Below, in pieces: positions 9,697 through 18,691 of a DNA stretch of 53,405 bases (its first letter is position 1; each line of letters starts with the position of its first letter). A program made the position numbers and the translations under genes. The notes beneath the pieces were generated by a model. It worked only from the letters and a program-made list of their open reading frames with translations, ran no database searches and was not told where the DNA came from. The DNA is taken from IMG/VR virus record IMGVR_UViG_3300042402_002711, positions 1 through 53,405 of that record; one strand, written 5' to 3'. The DNA is from a virus (Duplodnaviria; Caudoviricetes).

Positions 9697-10538
9697 AATG
9701 ACATCTGTTTACAAATATCCCAAATACCATCTTTCAAACTGAACTCTGGACTCCATATTGCTTTGATATATGGATCAGGCTCATTCCTGATTCCTCTCTG
9801 AACAGAATCTTTATTTTCTGAACCTCTAATATTACTAACTTGGAAATATTCTCCAACAATTTTAGCAATATCTGCAATTTTTGTCCATTCAAAACTGGTA
9901 ATATGATATGGCTTTGACTTGTTCAAAGAATTGAAATTTTTTACAATAGCCATATGAGCCTTAGCACAGTCAAGAGCATGGAGAAATTGTCTCTCTTCAC
10001 TACCATCAGTCATCATCCTGATATTGCCATGTTCTTGTGCTTGCTTGATAAAGTCTGTAAGAACATGAGTTCTAATAGAATCGTGGTTGATCTCATTTCC
10101 ATAGACATTCCAATACTTTACACTCACCCCATTCATACCCTTAGATTCGGTATAGAATTCACCTAACCTTTTAAGAACTCCATAAGAAGAATGGTTCATG
10201 TTAGACATCTGTGATGAAGAAAATATGAAAGGTTTACCTGTTCTCTCAAGACCGTCGAAGACATTTTTCATTATCATTAAGTTGTTGTCAATAACATTCT
10301 TGTTCTCAAAATTACCAAGAAATTTAGATCCCCCAACATCAAAAGCCAAAAAGTGAACGAAGTCTGTCTCATTTAGACATTCATCAAACAAGGAATTAGA
10401 TGCTGGTGTCGGTTGACGAAGATCCTCTATTGGATTTCTTGCAATATCAAATTCCTGAACTTCTTCGCCAATAGAGCGCAAATAACCCACTAAATGCGTG
10501 CCGATCTGTCCACTAGAACCAAGAACCAAATGCTTCAT
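9693..10538 (-). CDS. NAD-dependent epimerase/dehydratase (extended SDR)
   Basis: GSSGQIG, YGVLK (YxxxK), NVYG and RQFLH motifs. Confidence 0.85.
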   Translation of the reverse strand: MKHLVLGSSGQIGTHLVGYLRSIGEEVQEFDIARNPIEDLRQPTPASNSLFDECLNETDFVHFLAFDVGGSKFLGNFENKNVIDNNLMIMKNVFDGLERTGKPFIFSSSQMSNMNHSSYGVLKRLGEFYTESKGMNGVSVKYWNVYGNEINHDSIRTHVLTDFIKQAQEHGNIRMMTDGSEERQFLHALDCAKAHMAIVKNFNSLNKSKPYHITSFEWTKIADIAKIVGEYFQVSNIRGSENKDSVQRGIRNEPDPYIKAIWSPEFSLKDGIWDICKQMSF

Positions 10539-10539
10539 G

Positions 10540-11190
10540 TTATTGTCTCCTTGTATAATAATGATCTGGCGAGTTTAAGTCCATGCTTCGCAAATCATAT
10601 CCCTTGCTTGTTAAATAAGAAAATAGTTCTGTTGGATTGTCTGATTCTTTTTGATATTGCCCAAAGCAATGTGACTCACATTGGATTCTAGGAATTTTAT
10701 GAAAATACCTCTCAAGACTCTTGATGATATTCAAATCATTCCCTTGAGTATCTGTCTTCAAAAAAGAAACTTCTTTAAATATGTTCCAATTGATTCTATC
10801 CAATAAATCAGACAAATTAACACACAAAACGGGAACCACTTCGTCTACCCACATAGATTCCTTAAGTTCATGTTTGAGTTTATAGAGACTAGACTGACCA
10901 TGATCGTCCTTCACTTCAGAATTTCTAGTAATATAGAAATCTTTAATCATTTCCCCGTCAACATTATCTACGGCACAATGAAATAATTTAAAGCGATTTT
11001 CGAATCCTCTTGCTAAAATCTTTTCCATTACTCTATCGCAATTAGATTTTACTGGCTCGAATCCAAATACAAATACACCTGGATTATACTCCAACCATTG
11101 TAGGGCGTGTGGTGCATCAGCAGCAAGACCAACATCTATTGATATTTCGCTAATTCCATCTGGAATATTGATATTATCAAATATACTCAT
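10540..11190 (-). CDS. FkbM-family methyltransferase
   Basis: IDVG, FGFEP, QSSL and LKTDTQGND motifs. Start moved to ATG 11190, just after the upstream stop. Confidence 0.78.
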   Translation of the reverse strand: MSIFDNINIPDGISEISIDVGLAADAPHALQWLEYNPGVFVFGFEPVKSNCDRVMEKILARGFENRFKLFHCAVDNVDGEMIKDFYITRNSEVKDDHGQSSLYKLKHELKESMWVDEVVPVLCVNLSDLLDRINWNIFKEVSFLKTDTQGNDLNIIKSLERYFHKIPRIQCESHCFGQYQKESDNPTELFSYLTSKGYDLRSMDLNSPDHYYTRRQ

Positions 11191-11191
11191 T

Positions 11192-11803
11192 TTATACCAT
11201 CTCAGTGTTTTTAAAGATTTCAAACTCACGAAGATCACGATAACCGCCAGGTTCGGGTTGATCTTCCATGTGCTCTGGATAATTTTGCATAAGAGCAAGT
11301 CCCATTGCAGCCTCCACTGGAGTCATGTACATATTCCATCCCATAACCTTTATATCATCTTTCTTGTAAGGAACTTCGTTTCTTCCTTCATAACGGGCTT
11401 GCTTGAACCACTTTACAGCATCTGCATTGTCTGTAAGGATCATACCACCCTTGCCTATCTTTAGATGCTTCTTTATGTGAAACGAAAGACACATAAATGC
11501 ACCAGATTTATACATCCCAGATGTAAGCCTTTTTGCAGAATCCCAAATTGGATAAGGTTCTAACTGATAGATTCCATTCCAATCACAATCACGGAACTTA
11601 ACTGTTCCTCCTGCGTGAATTATAGATTGTGGAACAGAAAGATATGTCTTGGCAGGAATGACTACCTCTTTGACTTGAAAATACTTACAGCAGAGAAATA
11701 GAGCATTTGTACAAGAGTCAATAGCAACCGCATATGGTGCACCAGTGTAGTCTGCAATATGCTCTTCAAACATTTCAACAATTTTAAAGGGATTATGTCT
11801 CAT
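11192..11803 (-). CDS. Short DegT/DnrJ/EryC1/StrS PLP-dependent sugar aminotransferase
   Basis: FEEHIADYTG, SCTNALFL, DSA and SFHIKKHLKIGKGGMI (PLP lysine region). Only about 203 aa. Confidence 0.82.
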   Translation of the reverse strand: MRHNPFKIVEMFEEHIADYTGAPYAVAIDSCTNALFLCCKYFQVKEVVIPAKTYLSVPQSIIHAGGTVKFRDCDWNGIYQLEPYPIWDSAKRLTSGMYKSGAFMCLSFHIKKHLKIGKGGMILTDNADAVKWFKQARYEGRNEVPYKKDDIKVMGWNMYMTPVEAAMGLALMQNYPEHMEDQPEPGGYRDLREFEIFKNTEMV

Positions 11804-12191
11804 TTTCACGCTCCATTATAATATATTTGGTTTTGAAACCACACTTATTAAACATTCTTATACTCGCATCATTGTCTATTTTTATCTTCGCATAGGACTC
11901 TGGAAATTTTCCCATGAGACTGTTTATCAACACACAGCCTATTCCTTTTCCTTGATAATCAGGATGAATACAAACCCTGATGTCTCTATCTATAGAGCCA
12001 GCATAGCCAGCGGGATTTCCGTCTACTAAAACTATAATGTAGTTTTTCCCGTGCTTTTCCATGTAAGCACTCTGCTCTTCTCTTGATATTTCTCTTGTCT
12101 GTATAAATCCAGACTTAACCCTATCGTCGTTTCTTAAACAACGAATAAACTCATAATATTTTGAATTATTGTCTACTACTTCTATTACCAT
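11793..12191 (-). CDS. GNAT N-acetyltransferase (PseH-like, probable amino-sugar acetylase)
   Basis: IHPDYQGKGIG acetyl-CoA motif and NDASIRMFNKCGF. Adjacent to the aminotransferase. Confidence 0.85.
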   Translation of the reverse strand: MVIEVVDNNSKYYEFIRCLRNDDRVKSGFIQTREISREEQSAYMEKHGKNYIIVLVDGNPAGYAGSIDRDIRVCIHPDYQGKGIGCVLINSLMGKFPESYAKIKIDNDASIRMFNKCGFKTKYIIMERENET

Positions 12192-12964
12192 GTTTCTTCT
12201 CTCGTAAGATACGATGATGTGTCCCACATTCCTCTCTGCTTCATACCAGCCCATGCAGAGAGATAACCACGATCAAGTCCCAATCCAAAATCAGGATTCA
12301 ACGCTGAACCAACATCAATATAGGTGTTGTTTGGTGCAATCTGATGAAGACGATGTATGCACAGATTTCCAAGACTGCTTGCAGCAAACAAGAACAACCA
12401 TCCCTCTGGCTTTTGTTCTTCAACCCATTTTGCCATAAGATCCACCTTATCATCATCATTGATAATGCAGTTAGATCCTATCCTAAAGTCTTTTTCAATT
12501 TTGAATGGACAATTCCTAAAAGTTGATCTTTGATTGCACATGGCTACAGTCTTATATTCAGAAAAGAGAGGAATAACTTCTTCTCGAAATCTCCTGTAGT
12601 TTGAATTGATAAAGAGATTGGCAAAAGTGGTGTGGTCAATATCAGAACCGCTATTTTCTATCATCCAATCTCTAGGAGAATAACCAACTATTCTTGCATC
12701 AGAATTGGTTGTTATTCCGATATAGTAATTTGGAGCCGCATACTGAAATGCATCCCACAATTTTTCTCTATGGAACTGGTGCTTGCTTGCATCAAATTCC
12801 TTTTGGTCTTCTGGATACAAATACCCGTATGAAGATGGACTCAAAGAATACGATTTATTCTCAAGTATCCACAGTTCTCCGTCAGCCCATCTACTAAATG
12901 CAAATGGCTCATGTCTTTTCAGTTTGTCTAAAAAGTTATCAAATTCTGCTGTAAAATTTTTCAT
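12185..12964 (-). CDS. Putative GT-D fold (DUF1792-like) glycosyltransferase
   Basis: FSRWADGE near the N-terminus and IDVGSAL near the C-terminus resemble the GT-D motifs RFGDGE and DIG. Confidence 0.6.
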   Translation of the reverse strand: MKNFTAEFDNFLDKLKRHEPFAFSRWADGELWILENKSYSLSPSSYGYLYPEDQKEFDASKHQFHREKLWDAFQYAAPNYYIGITTNSDARIVGYSPRDWMIENSGSDIDHTTFANLFINSNYRRFREEVIPLFSEYKTVAMCNQRSTFRNCPFKIEKDFRIGSNCIINDDDKVDLMAKWVEEQKPEGWLFLFAASSLGNLCIHRLHQIAPNNTYIDVGSALNPDFGLGLDRGYLSAWAGMKQRGMWDTSSYLTREETW

Positions 12965-13722
12965 CTATTGCCTTCTAGTAGTTTGAATCCATCATCGACT
13001 GCCACTGACAGATAGTGACCCATGATCTGACCAGCACTCATCGGTGTTCCATTGACCATATACCTGTTCATAGAAATACCTTCTCTGCTAGTTCCATATG
13101 GTTCTCCTTTTGTGCTCCCCCAAAGAGATTTGTCATCCTTTGGATGAGGAGGAACATACACTCCACATTCTGTGTATTTTTGAATCATATGAGCAAAATG
13201 AATATCCTCCCCAACAATGGGTATCTGATCGACTGTTGGTATCTCTCTCCACATTACGGAGAGCATATCTCTGTGAAAGAACCAAGAGTGACCAACAATA
13301 TCAACTTGTTTGGTTTCTTCGTTTGGAGTACACCAACCAACACGCTTTACTTTTTCCCAAGTGTAATACTTGTCTCCAAATATTACACCAACTGTTCCTA
13401 GAAGTCCTGGATGTGTCTTATATGTTTTAATACAATTTTCGATCCATCTCTCACCAGGAATTGTGTCATCATCAAACACGCAGATATACTCTGACTTTGA
13501 ATTCAAAGCGAGTGCAAATCTAGCCCACACTCCTAGATTTCTATTACAATCGGCAAACACCACCCGATCCTTTATATCCTGTGGTATTGGATCTGTTTCT
13601 GCTTGATTTTTCCACACCAATATTTCTGATACTGGATGTGTTTGTTTTGTTATTGCATCAAATTGTTCACGAAGCCAACGGGTTCTCTTATAGCAATTGA
13701 GAACTACTGTTACTGTTTCCAT
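12961..13722 (-). CDS. GT2/GT-A glycosyltransferase
   Basis: VTVVLNCYKR, VFDDDT (DxD) and GEDI motifs. Confidence 0.8.
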   Translation of the reverse strand: METVTVVLNCYKRTRWLREQFDAITKQTHPVSEILVWKNQAETDPIPQDIKDRVVFADCNRNLGVWARFALALNSKSEYICVFDDDTIPGERWIENCIKTYKTHPGLLGTVGVIFGDKYYTWEKVKRVGWCTPNEETKQVDIVGHSWFFHRDMLSVMWREIPTVDQIPIVGEDIHFAHMIQKYTECGVYVPPHPKDDKSLWGSTKGEPYGTSREGISMNRYMVNGTPMSAGQIMGHYLSVAVDDGFKLLEGNR

Positions 13723-13733
13723 TGTTTATCCTT

Positions 13734-14351
13734 TTAATAATCAAATCCACTATTTGGAGTTGTTCCCCAATACTGCATAGCATATATCTTTCCCTTTCCG
13801 CTATATTGTAATCCAGAATAGTGTCTTGGAATAAAGTAATGGCTAGGGTAAATAGTCATCTTGTTATAGCGCATCTTGCAAACTGTAGAAGTGAGCAGAG
13901 CAGGACCAGTTATCTCCCATGTTTGGAGCGGATGGTAATTCATGTCCTGTCGTTGATCTATTTGATTTAGCATTTCCCAAAGAAACTGATTCTTTGGTAT
14001 TGAGGAAAGATATCCATTCGACATCAATCCAGGTCGAACATATTCATTCTCAAAGCAACAGAAAGCCTCGTTATCTACGAGGTCATCATCAAGAGGTTTA
14101 ATGCACTCGGCATCAGCATCAATAAAAAAGCCTCCCTCTTGATGGAGAAGTTGGTATCGGAGGATATCTGCTTTTCCTGCCAATGAGGGGCATTGGTCGA
14201 AATGACGCTTGATCCAAGATTGCGGCATATTCTCTTCAGTCCACAATTTGTGTTCCCAAGTTGGGTTCAAGTCACGCCATGTATTGATAAAGCGATCAGG
14301 TCGCTTGGACTGATCGCCTAACCAGATTTGATGGATAATCTTCGGTATCAT
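13734..14351 (-). CDS. GT32 (OCH1/DxD sugar-binding) glycosyltransferase
   Basis: MIPKIIHQIW, ADILRY, GGFFIDAD and TGP motifs. Confidence 0.9.
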   Translation of the reverse strand: MIPKIIHQIWLGDQSKRPDRFINTWRDLNPTWEHKLWTEENMPQSWIKRHFDQCPSLAGKADILRYQLLHQEGGFFIDADAECIKPLDDDLVDNEAFCCFENEYVRPGLMSNGYLSSIPKNQFLWEMLNQIDQRQDMNYHPLQTWEITGPALLTSTVCKMRYNKMTIYPSHYFIPRHYSGLQYSGKGKIYAMQYWGTTPNSGFDY

Positions 14352-14375
14352 AATATAGACCTCAATGTAGGGAGT

Positions 14376-14804
14376 TTATCTCTTACCTTTATCCTTACCT
14401 ATATGGTATTTAGGCTCCAATGTCCACTCTTTCTTCTCGGAGTGGGAAAGTATTTTTATCTGATTGATTTCACAAGCAGAGGCGGCTTTGGCTGCATCCA
14501 CAACCTTTACCAAGCCCCACTCCTCCAAGAGCAGGGCAATCTTGTTTCTGCGCTGTAGGTCTTCCTCTCCCAAGTTTGTAGGCAAACCATCCAAAGCAAA
14601 CAATTCCTTGAAATGGGTAATATAGTACTTGCCACGCTTATGGAGTATATGGCACGATTGCCAGAGTTTCTTGTCTTTGTTTGAGCAGACCCCTATGCGA
14701 GTCAGAGTCTCTTTTACCTTTAGAAAGTTGTCGGGTGTCGGCAACTGTACTTCAAGCAAATCAGACACTTCAATATCAATGTATTTCTCTTCCCGTTCAC
14801 TCAT
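14376..14804 (-). CDS. regA: RegA translational repressor
   Basis: DNFLKVKETLTRIG, LWQSCHILHKRGKYYITHFKELF and WTLEPKYHIG. Follows gp62. ATG 14804 with SD GAGG. Confidence 0.96.
   Translation of the reverse strand: MSEREEKYIDIEVSDLLEVQLPTPDNFLKVKETLTRIGVCSNKDKKLWQSCHILHKRGKYYITHFKELFALDGLPTNLGEEDLQRRNKIALLLEEWGLVKVVDAAKAASACEINQIKILSHSEKKEWTLEPKYHIGKDKGKR
14407..14413 (-). promoter_or_regulatory. Putative late promoter CTAAATA upstream of the glycosylation island
   Basis: Lies in the regA 3' end, about 55 nt before the GT32 start. It overlaps conserved PKY codons, so it may be coincidental. Confidence 0.4.
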
Positions 14805-14817
14805 AATTTTCACCCTC

Positions 14818-14862
14818 TAAAAGAAAATAACCGTCTCCATATGTAGGAAAACGGGTATTTCT
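14818..14862 (-). terminator. Imperfect hairpin with U-rich tail between gp62 and regA, with a late-promoter motif (CTACATA, 14840-14846) in the loop
   Basis: Minus-strand RNA reads AGAAAUACCCGUUUUCC-UACAUAU-GGAGACGGUUAUUUUCU-UUU. Confidence 0.55.
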
Positions 14863-14876
14863 CTAAATGTGAAGAA

Positions 14877-15248
14877 TTACTTGTGGGCTTCCTCGTACTG
14901 TTTGCGAATAGCCTCCCTATCGCTCTCCTTCAGAAGACCCAAGCATTCCTCGGCTTTGGTCTGTGAAAGCCCGTAGAACCAAGCCACAGCCTCTCTATGG
15001 GGGTTCTCGGCGGCTTTCTGCCACGGAGAGAACCGCTTACGCTTCCGTAGAGAGTGGAAGAGATAGTCGTAGTGCATCTTCCTGTCTGTCACCACACGGC
15101 TATTCAATTCGTTTGCATGGAATATGGTATCAGGAAAATTAGAAAAACACCGTGCCACAATGAATGGAAGGTAGGCTTTCTCGTTTTCCCGTGTAATAAC
15201 GGGTTCCTTCCCTGTGTTTATAGAATTGAGAATATCTCCTAATTTCAT
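14877..15248 (-). CDS. gp62: Clamp loader small subunit gp62
   Basis: YLPFIVARCFS...ANELN...LRKRKRFSPW. Synteny 45-44-62-regA. Confidence 0.92.
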   Translation of the reverse strand: MKLGDILNSINTGKEPVITRENEKAYLPFIVARCFSNFPDTIFHANELNSRVVTDRKMHYDYLFHSLRKRKRFSPWQKAAENPHREAVAWFYGLSQTKAEECLGLLKESDREAIRKQYEEAHK

Positions 15249-16195
15249 TCGAATTCACACTCCATCATCAGATGGACAAGACAAGCCGTAAGGTTGATTT
15301 CAGAGTCTGCGACAAATGCTGCCTTGTACTGGTAATCAGAAAGGATAAGGACAGCCTGTGGGATAGACTGTGGCTTGAAATAGGTATAGAGGTTGTCGTA
15401 AACCTGGCGGAAGATTCGGCTCTGATCGTTGTCTAGATTCTGCACAACCCACTTTCTGACCTCGTTGAAGTTCTTCTCCCGCATGAATCCAACAAGTTCC
15501 TTTACCCGTATCTCGCCAACAGACTGTAGAATCCCAACATCAATCTCTCCACCAACAGAGTATCGCTGCAATTCATTCAAGACCTTACGAAAGTCTGGAA
15601 AGTACCGCATGATGAGTTCGGCAACAATCTTCTCATCGTACTTTACCCCTTCATCATGGAGAATACTCTTCACACGATCCATGAATTCTTTTGCCAGACG
15701 GGGCTTCTCCTTTTGTGGAATGGAGAATTCAACCGTTGTGCAACGAGAGTGCAGAGGTTCGATAATGCGGTTCTTGAAGTTGCAAGTAAGGATAAATCGA
15801 CAGTTTGCAGCAAACTCTTCAATAAATCCACGAAGTGCTGGCTGTGTTGACTGTGCATTAGAATAGTCAAACTCGTCTAGGATAACCACCTTCTTGCCAC
15901 CACCCAACGAAACAGTCGAGGCAAAGTTGCGAATCTTTGTTCGCAGAGTGTCGATATTCCCGTCTTCAGAGCAGTTGATTAGAAGAAAGTCGCAGCCCAA
16001 TTCATCACAGAGAGCCTTGGCAATTGTTGTCTTGCCTGTTCCTGCTGAACCAGACAAGAGGAGGTTATGAACCTCCCCCGTGTCTACCATCTGCTGAAAT
16101 GTCTTCTTGATGCCCGAAGGCAATACACAATCCTGAACACGCTTTGGTCGATACTTCTCAACCCAAAGCAAGTCCTGTAGATACGAAGCAGTCAT
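15245..16195 (-). CDS. gp44: Clamp loader AAA+ subunit gp44
   Basis: LWVEKYRP, Walker A GSAGTGKT, DEFD, SRC and FPDFR motifs. Confidence 0.97.
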   Translation of the reverse strand: MTASYLQDLLWVEKYRPKRVQDCVLPSGIKKTFQQMVDTGEVHNLLLSGSAGTGKTTIAKALCDELGCDFLLINCSEDGNIDTLRTKIRNFASTVSLGGGKKVVILDEFDYSNAQSTQPALRGFIEEFAANCRFILTCNFKNRIIEPLHSRCTTVEFSIPQKEKPRLAKEFMDRVKSILHDEGVKYDEKIVAELIMRYFPDFRKVLNELQRYSVGGEIDVGILQSVGEIRVKELVGFMREKNFNEVRKWVVQNLDNDQSRIFRQVYDNLYTYFKPQSIPQAVLILSDYQYKAAFVADSEINLTACLVHLMMECEFE

Positions 16196-16198
16196 CTA

Positions 16199-16894
16199 TT
16201 ACTCCTGGTCTTCGGCCTTGTAATCCATTGCAATGTAGTACTTTAGAGGCTCTGTCTTGTGAGTGAACAGAGAAACGATATTCTTGGAGATCTCAACAGT
16301 ATAGTCTCCAGGAATCAACTTGAGGGTTTCAACCTTGAAAGAAACAGAGAAAGCATCGTCTCCGTCACAAGACATTTCTACCGTATATTCGTTTGTAGAC
16401 GGATCGCTCTTATCAAAGAGAACAGCCTGTGCAGTTCCATTTCCCTTTGACTTGATCTTCAGATTGGGCAACTGCATAACTGCCGATGCCTTCAGCAATT
16501 CAGCCAAACGCTGACTTGTGAGATCCAGAGTTGCAACAATACCAGGCATCGACAACTTCTTTGTCACTGGCTGAACAATTGCAGGATCAGAGTACCAATA
16601 CTTGGCCTTTGCTCCACTTCCACCACTGATAACAAGGTGGTCTTTAGCAAAATCCAATTCAGGATTAGCAAGCAGAGACACAGTTGATAAGAATCGGTTG
16701 AGATCAAAAATTCGAACATCATGCTCAAAAGTCTCGGAGACTTCTGCTTCAGCCATAATGTTCTTTGTTGGGGAGAGCGTTACAATCTTACTACCTGCTG
16801 TAATGCAGATATTTGGATTGATTCCTGCAAAGTTCTTCAAAATTTCATGTGTTTTCTTTGAGAGTATCATCGTATTAGTTTCCACAGTTGGCAT
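16199..16894 (-). CDS. gp45: Sliding clamp gp45
   Basis: LSKKTHEILKNFAGIN, IFDLNRFL, LKLIPGDYTV and LKYYIA. Confidence 0.95.
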   Translation of the reverse strand: MPTVETNTMILSKKTHEILKNFAGINPNICITAGSKIVTLSPTKNIMAEAEVSETFEHDVRIFDLNRFLSTVSLLANPELDFAKDHLVISGGSGAKAKYWYSDPAIVQPVTKKLSMPGIVATLDLTSQRLAELLKASAVMQLPNLKIKSKGNGTAQAVLFDKSDPSTNEYTVEMSCDGDDAFSVSFKVETLKLIPGDYTVEISKNIVSLFTHKTEPLKYYIAMDYKAEDQE

Positions 16895-16896
16895 TT

Positions 16897-17091
16897 TTAT
16901 CTCCTATAGTGCCTTTCGTCTTCATCATCAAACATCTCTTCTATTTCTTCTATGTTACCAGATGCAATAACATCTCGGATATTCTGTTTAAAATCAGATC
17001 TCCCGTGCTTTTTATCAGCGTGTTTTGCTGCTCTACGGGCTGCTTGGCGGTCGTCATCCCAATCACGGTTGCTGCGTCTATCTCTACTCAT
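16897..17091 (-). CDS. Small charged hypothetical protein
   Basis: 64 aa Arg/Asp-rich ORF filling the gap between rnh and gp45, with a purine-rich upstream region. Confidence 0.7.
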   Translation of the reverse strand: MSRDRRSNRDWDDDRQAARRAAKHADKKHGRSDFKQNIRDVIASGNIEEIEEMFDDEDERHYRR

Positions 17092-17111
17092 TTCACATCT
17101 CTATCCTTTCA

Positions 17112-17960
17112 TTAGAACTCGTCTATGCATTCCATAAGATTCCTCAACCGATGCTCAATGAAATAGTTGAGCAACTTTGACCGTGAAGAGTCTTGTGGTT
17201 CCTCCCACTTATTTAGGATGGACTGCTCCACATCTTGAGGAATTTGCGAAAGATCTATGAGAGTCTTGTTTCTCTCCCAATTCTTCTTGATGCTATCATC
17301 AAAGAAAAGATTGTCAGAACCCAAAGATTCTCTCAATTCACCAAACTTCTTCTTTGTGATAGGCTTTTGTCGCTTCCCTTCTGACACAAAAACATCGTCT
17401 TCTGACAAGACATTAGGGACTCCATCACCAGAATCTCCTCGAATAATCTGCTCTTCAAGAGTCTCCAATGGATTCTTACACACAACCATTGACTTTAGTG
17501 TCGGAGAATACTGACTCACACCAGAGTATTGCTGCAACTGTGCAAAGTCTTTGTCGGAGGAAATAATAAGTATAGGTTCCTGCTTGTGAAAGTGCTTGCA
17601 CAAAACAGCAATCACATCGTCTGCTTCGCAGCGATGGATACGCATATTCTTATAGGGAAAGTTCTCCTTTACCTCTTCCCTGATCTTGGACATTATTTCG
17701 AATGCACGATCCCACTTCGCTTCGCTACCTTCACGATCCTTTTTGCGATTGGCTTTGTAATGAGAGAAGACCTCTTTGCGCCAAGAGTTTGCATCTTGAC
17801 AGAGTACAATCTCTCCATACTTATCCTTGAATTTAGTTCGGTACATACGATAGGTATTGAGAGCAATATGGCGAACCATATCTTCATCAATAGTAGAGAT
17901 ATCCCGAACCTGTGTGAAGATTGTTGAAAGAAGTAGTTGTGTATTGTCGATAAGAATCAT
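17112..17960 (-). CDS. rnh: T4-type RNase H / 5'-3' exonuclease
   Basis: MILID, YKANRK, EADDVIA, ISSDKDFAQL and GDSGDGVPN. ATGA overlap with the upstream gene. Confidence 0.95.
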   Translation of the reverse strand: MILIDNTQLLLSTIFTQVRDISTIDEDMVRHIALNTYRMYRTKFKDKYGEIVLCQDANSWRKEVFSHYKANRKKDREGSEAKWDRAFEIMSKIREEVKENFPYKNMRIHRCEADDVIAVLCKHFHKQEPILIISSDKDFAQLQQYSGVSQYSPTLKSMVVCKNPLETLEEQIIRGDSGDGVPNVLSEDDVFVSEGKRQKPITKKKFGELRESLGSDNLFFDDSIKKNWERNKTLIDLSQIPQDVEQSILNKWEEPQDSSRSKLLNYFIEHRLRNLMECIDEF

Positions 17961-18691
17961 TGTGAGGTTTTCTTTGCCCACAGAAGAACCATATTGGTAT
18001 TGATCCTACCATTAGGCTTTGTGGGCTTTGTCTTTACAGAGAGAAATCTTGGTTGTACTACATTATATCCAACTGATACAAAAGTCGGAATAACTTCTTC
18101 AGGCTTTCGCAACTTCTTCGAAAGAGACTTGTCTTCGTCCCAATTCAAGAGAGTCGAACCCTTGATACCAAACCCTTCAGGCTTTGCGATATACAAGGTA
18201 AGAACACGATTCTTTGTGTTGTATACCGTAAGCATTGATGCTCCAAGTATATCCTTTGGAGACACCGATTGCAAATTCAAAGTTTCATCTTTGAGAAGAT
18301 ACTTGAGATTCTTTACAACCTTTTCTGAATCCTGTGGCTTCTTCTTTCGGATCTTCTTTGGATAGATTTTATCCAAGAATCCCTGAACTCCTTCACAGGA
18401 GTCACAGACAAATTTATGATACCGTGTCAACTTGGTTTTCCCAAGATACGAGTATCCTTCTCTCTGTTCAGAACTGGAGTCCACAACTGCAATGTCCAAA
18501 TCAGACTTGCTACGAAGAAGAGTTTGCAAGATTTCCTCTGCAACTCCTTTTGCTGCTCTAGTCGATGTGAGCCATTTTCCTATGTTTACACTGGTCTTGT
18601 TATCCTGTACGATTTCTACCAGTGCTCGATCTTGCAAACTATTGAAATAACAAAGGGATTCAAAATCTTGAGTTTTCACATTTATCTCCAC
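17957..18691 (-). CDS. Conserved T4-like phage hypothetical protein
   Basis: C-terminal VYNTKNR...GIKGSTL...KLRKPEE...NGRIN pattern, recalled from environmental T4-like phages. Function unknown. Confidence 0.7.
   Translation of the reverse strand: MEINVKTQDFESLCYFNSLQDRALVEIVQDNKTSVNIGKWLTSTRAAKGVAEEILQTLLRSKSDLDIAVVDSSSEQREGYSYLGKTKLTRYHKFVCDSCEGVQGFLDKIYPKKIRKKKPQDSEKVVKNLKYLLKDETLNLQSVSPKDILGASMLTVYNTKNRVLTLYIAKPEGFGIKGSTLLNWDEDKSLSKKLRKPEEVIPTFVSVGYNVVQPRFLSVKTKPTKPNGRINTNMVLLWAKKTSQ

Noticed and set aside
1050-14351. Island as a DNA hypermodification (glucosyl-hmC-type) pathway
   Set aside because: No hydroxymethylase, thymidylate-synthase homologue, TET/JBP or DNA glucosyltransferase was recognised, and the enzyme families are surface-glycan types. 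Not fully excluded without the rest of the genome.
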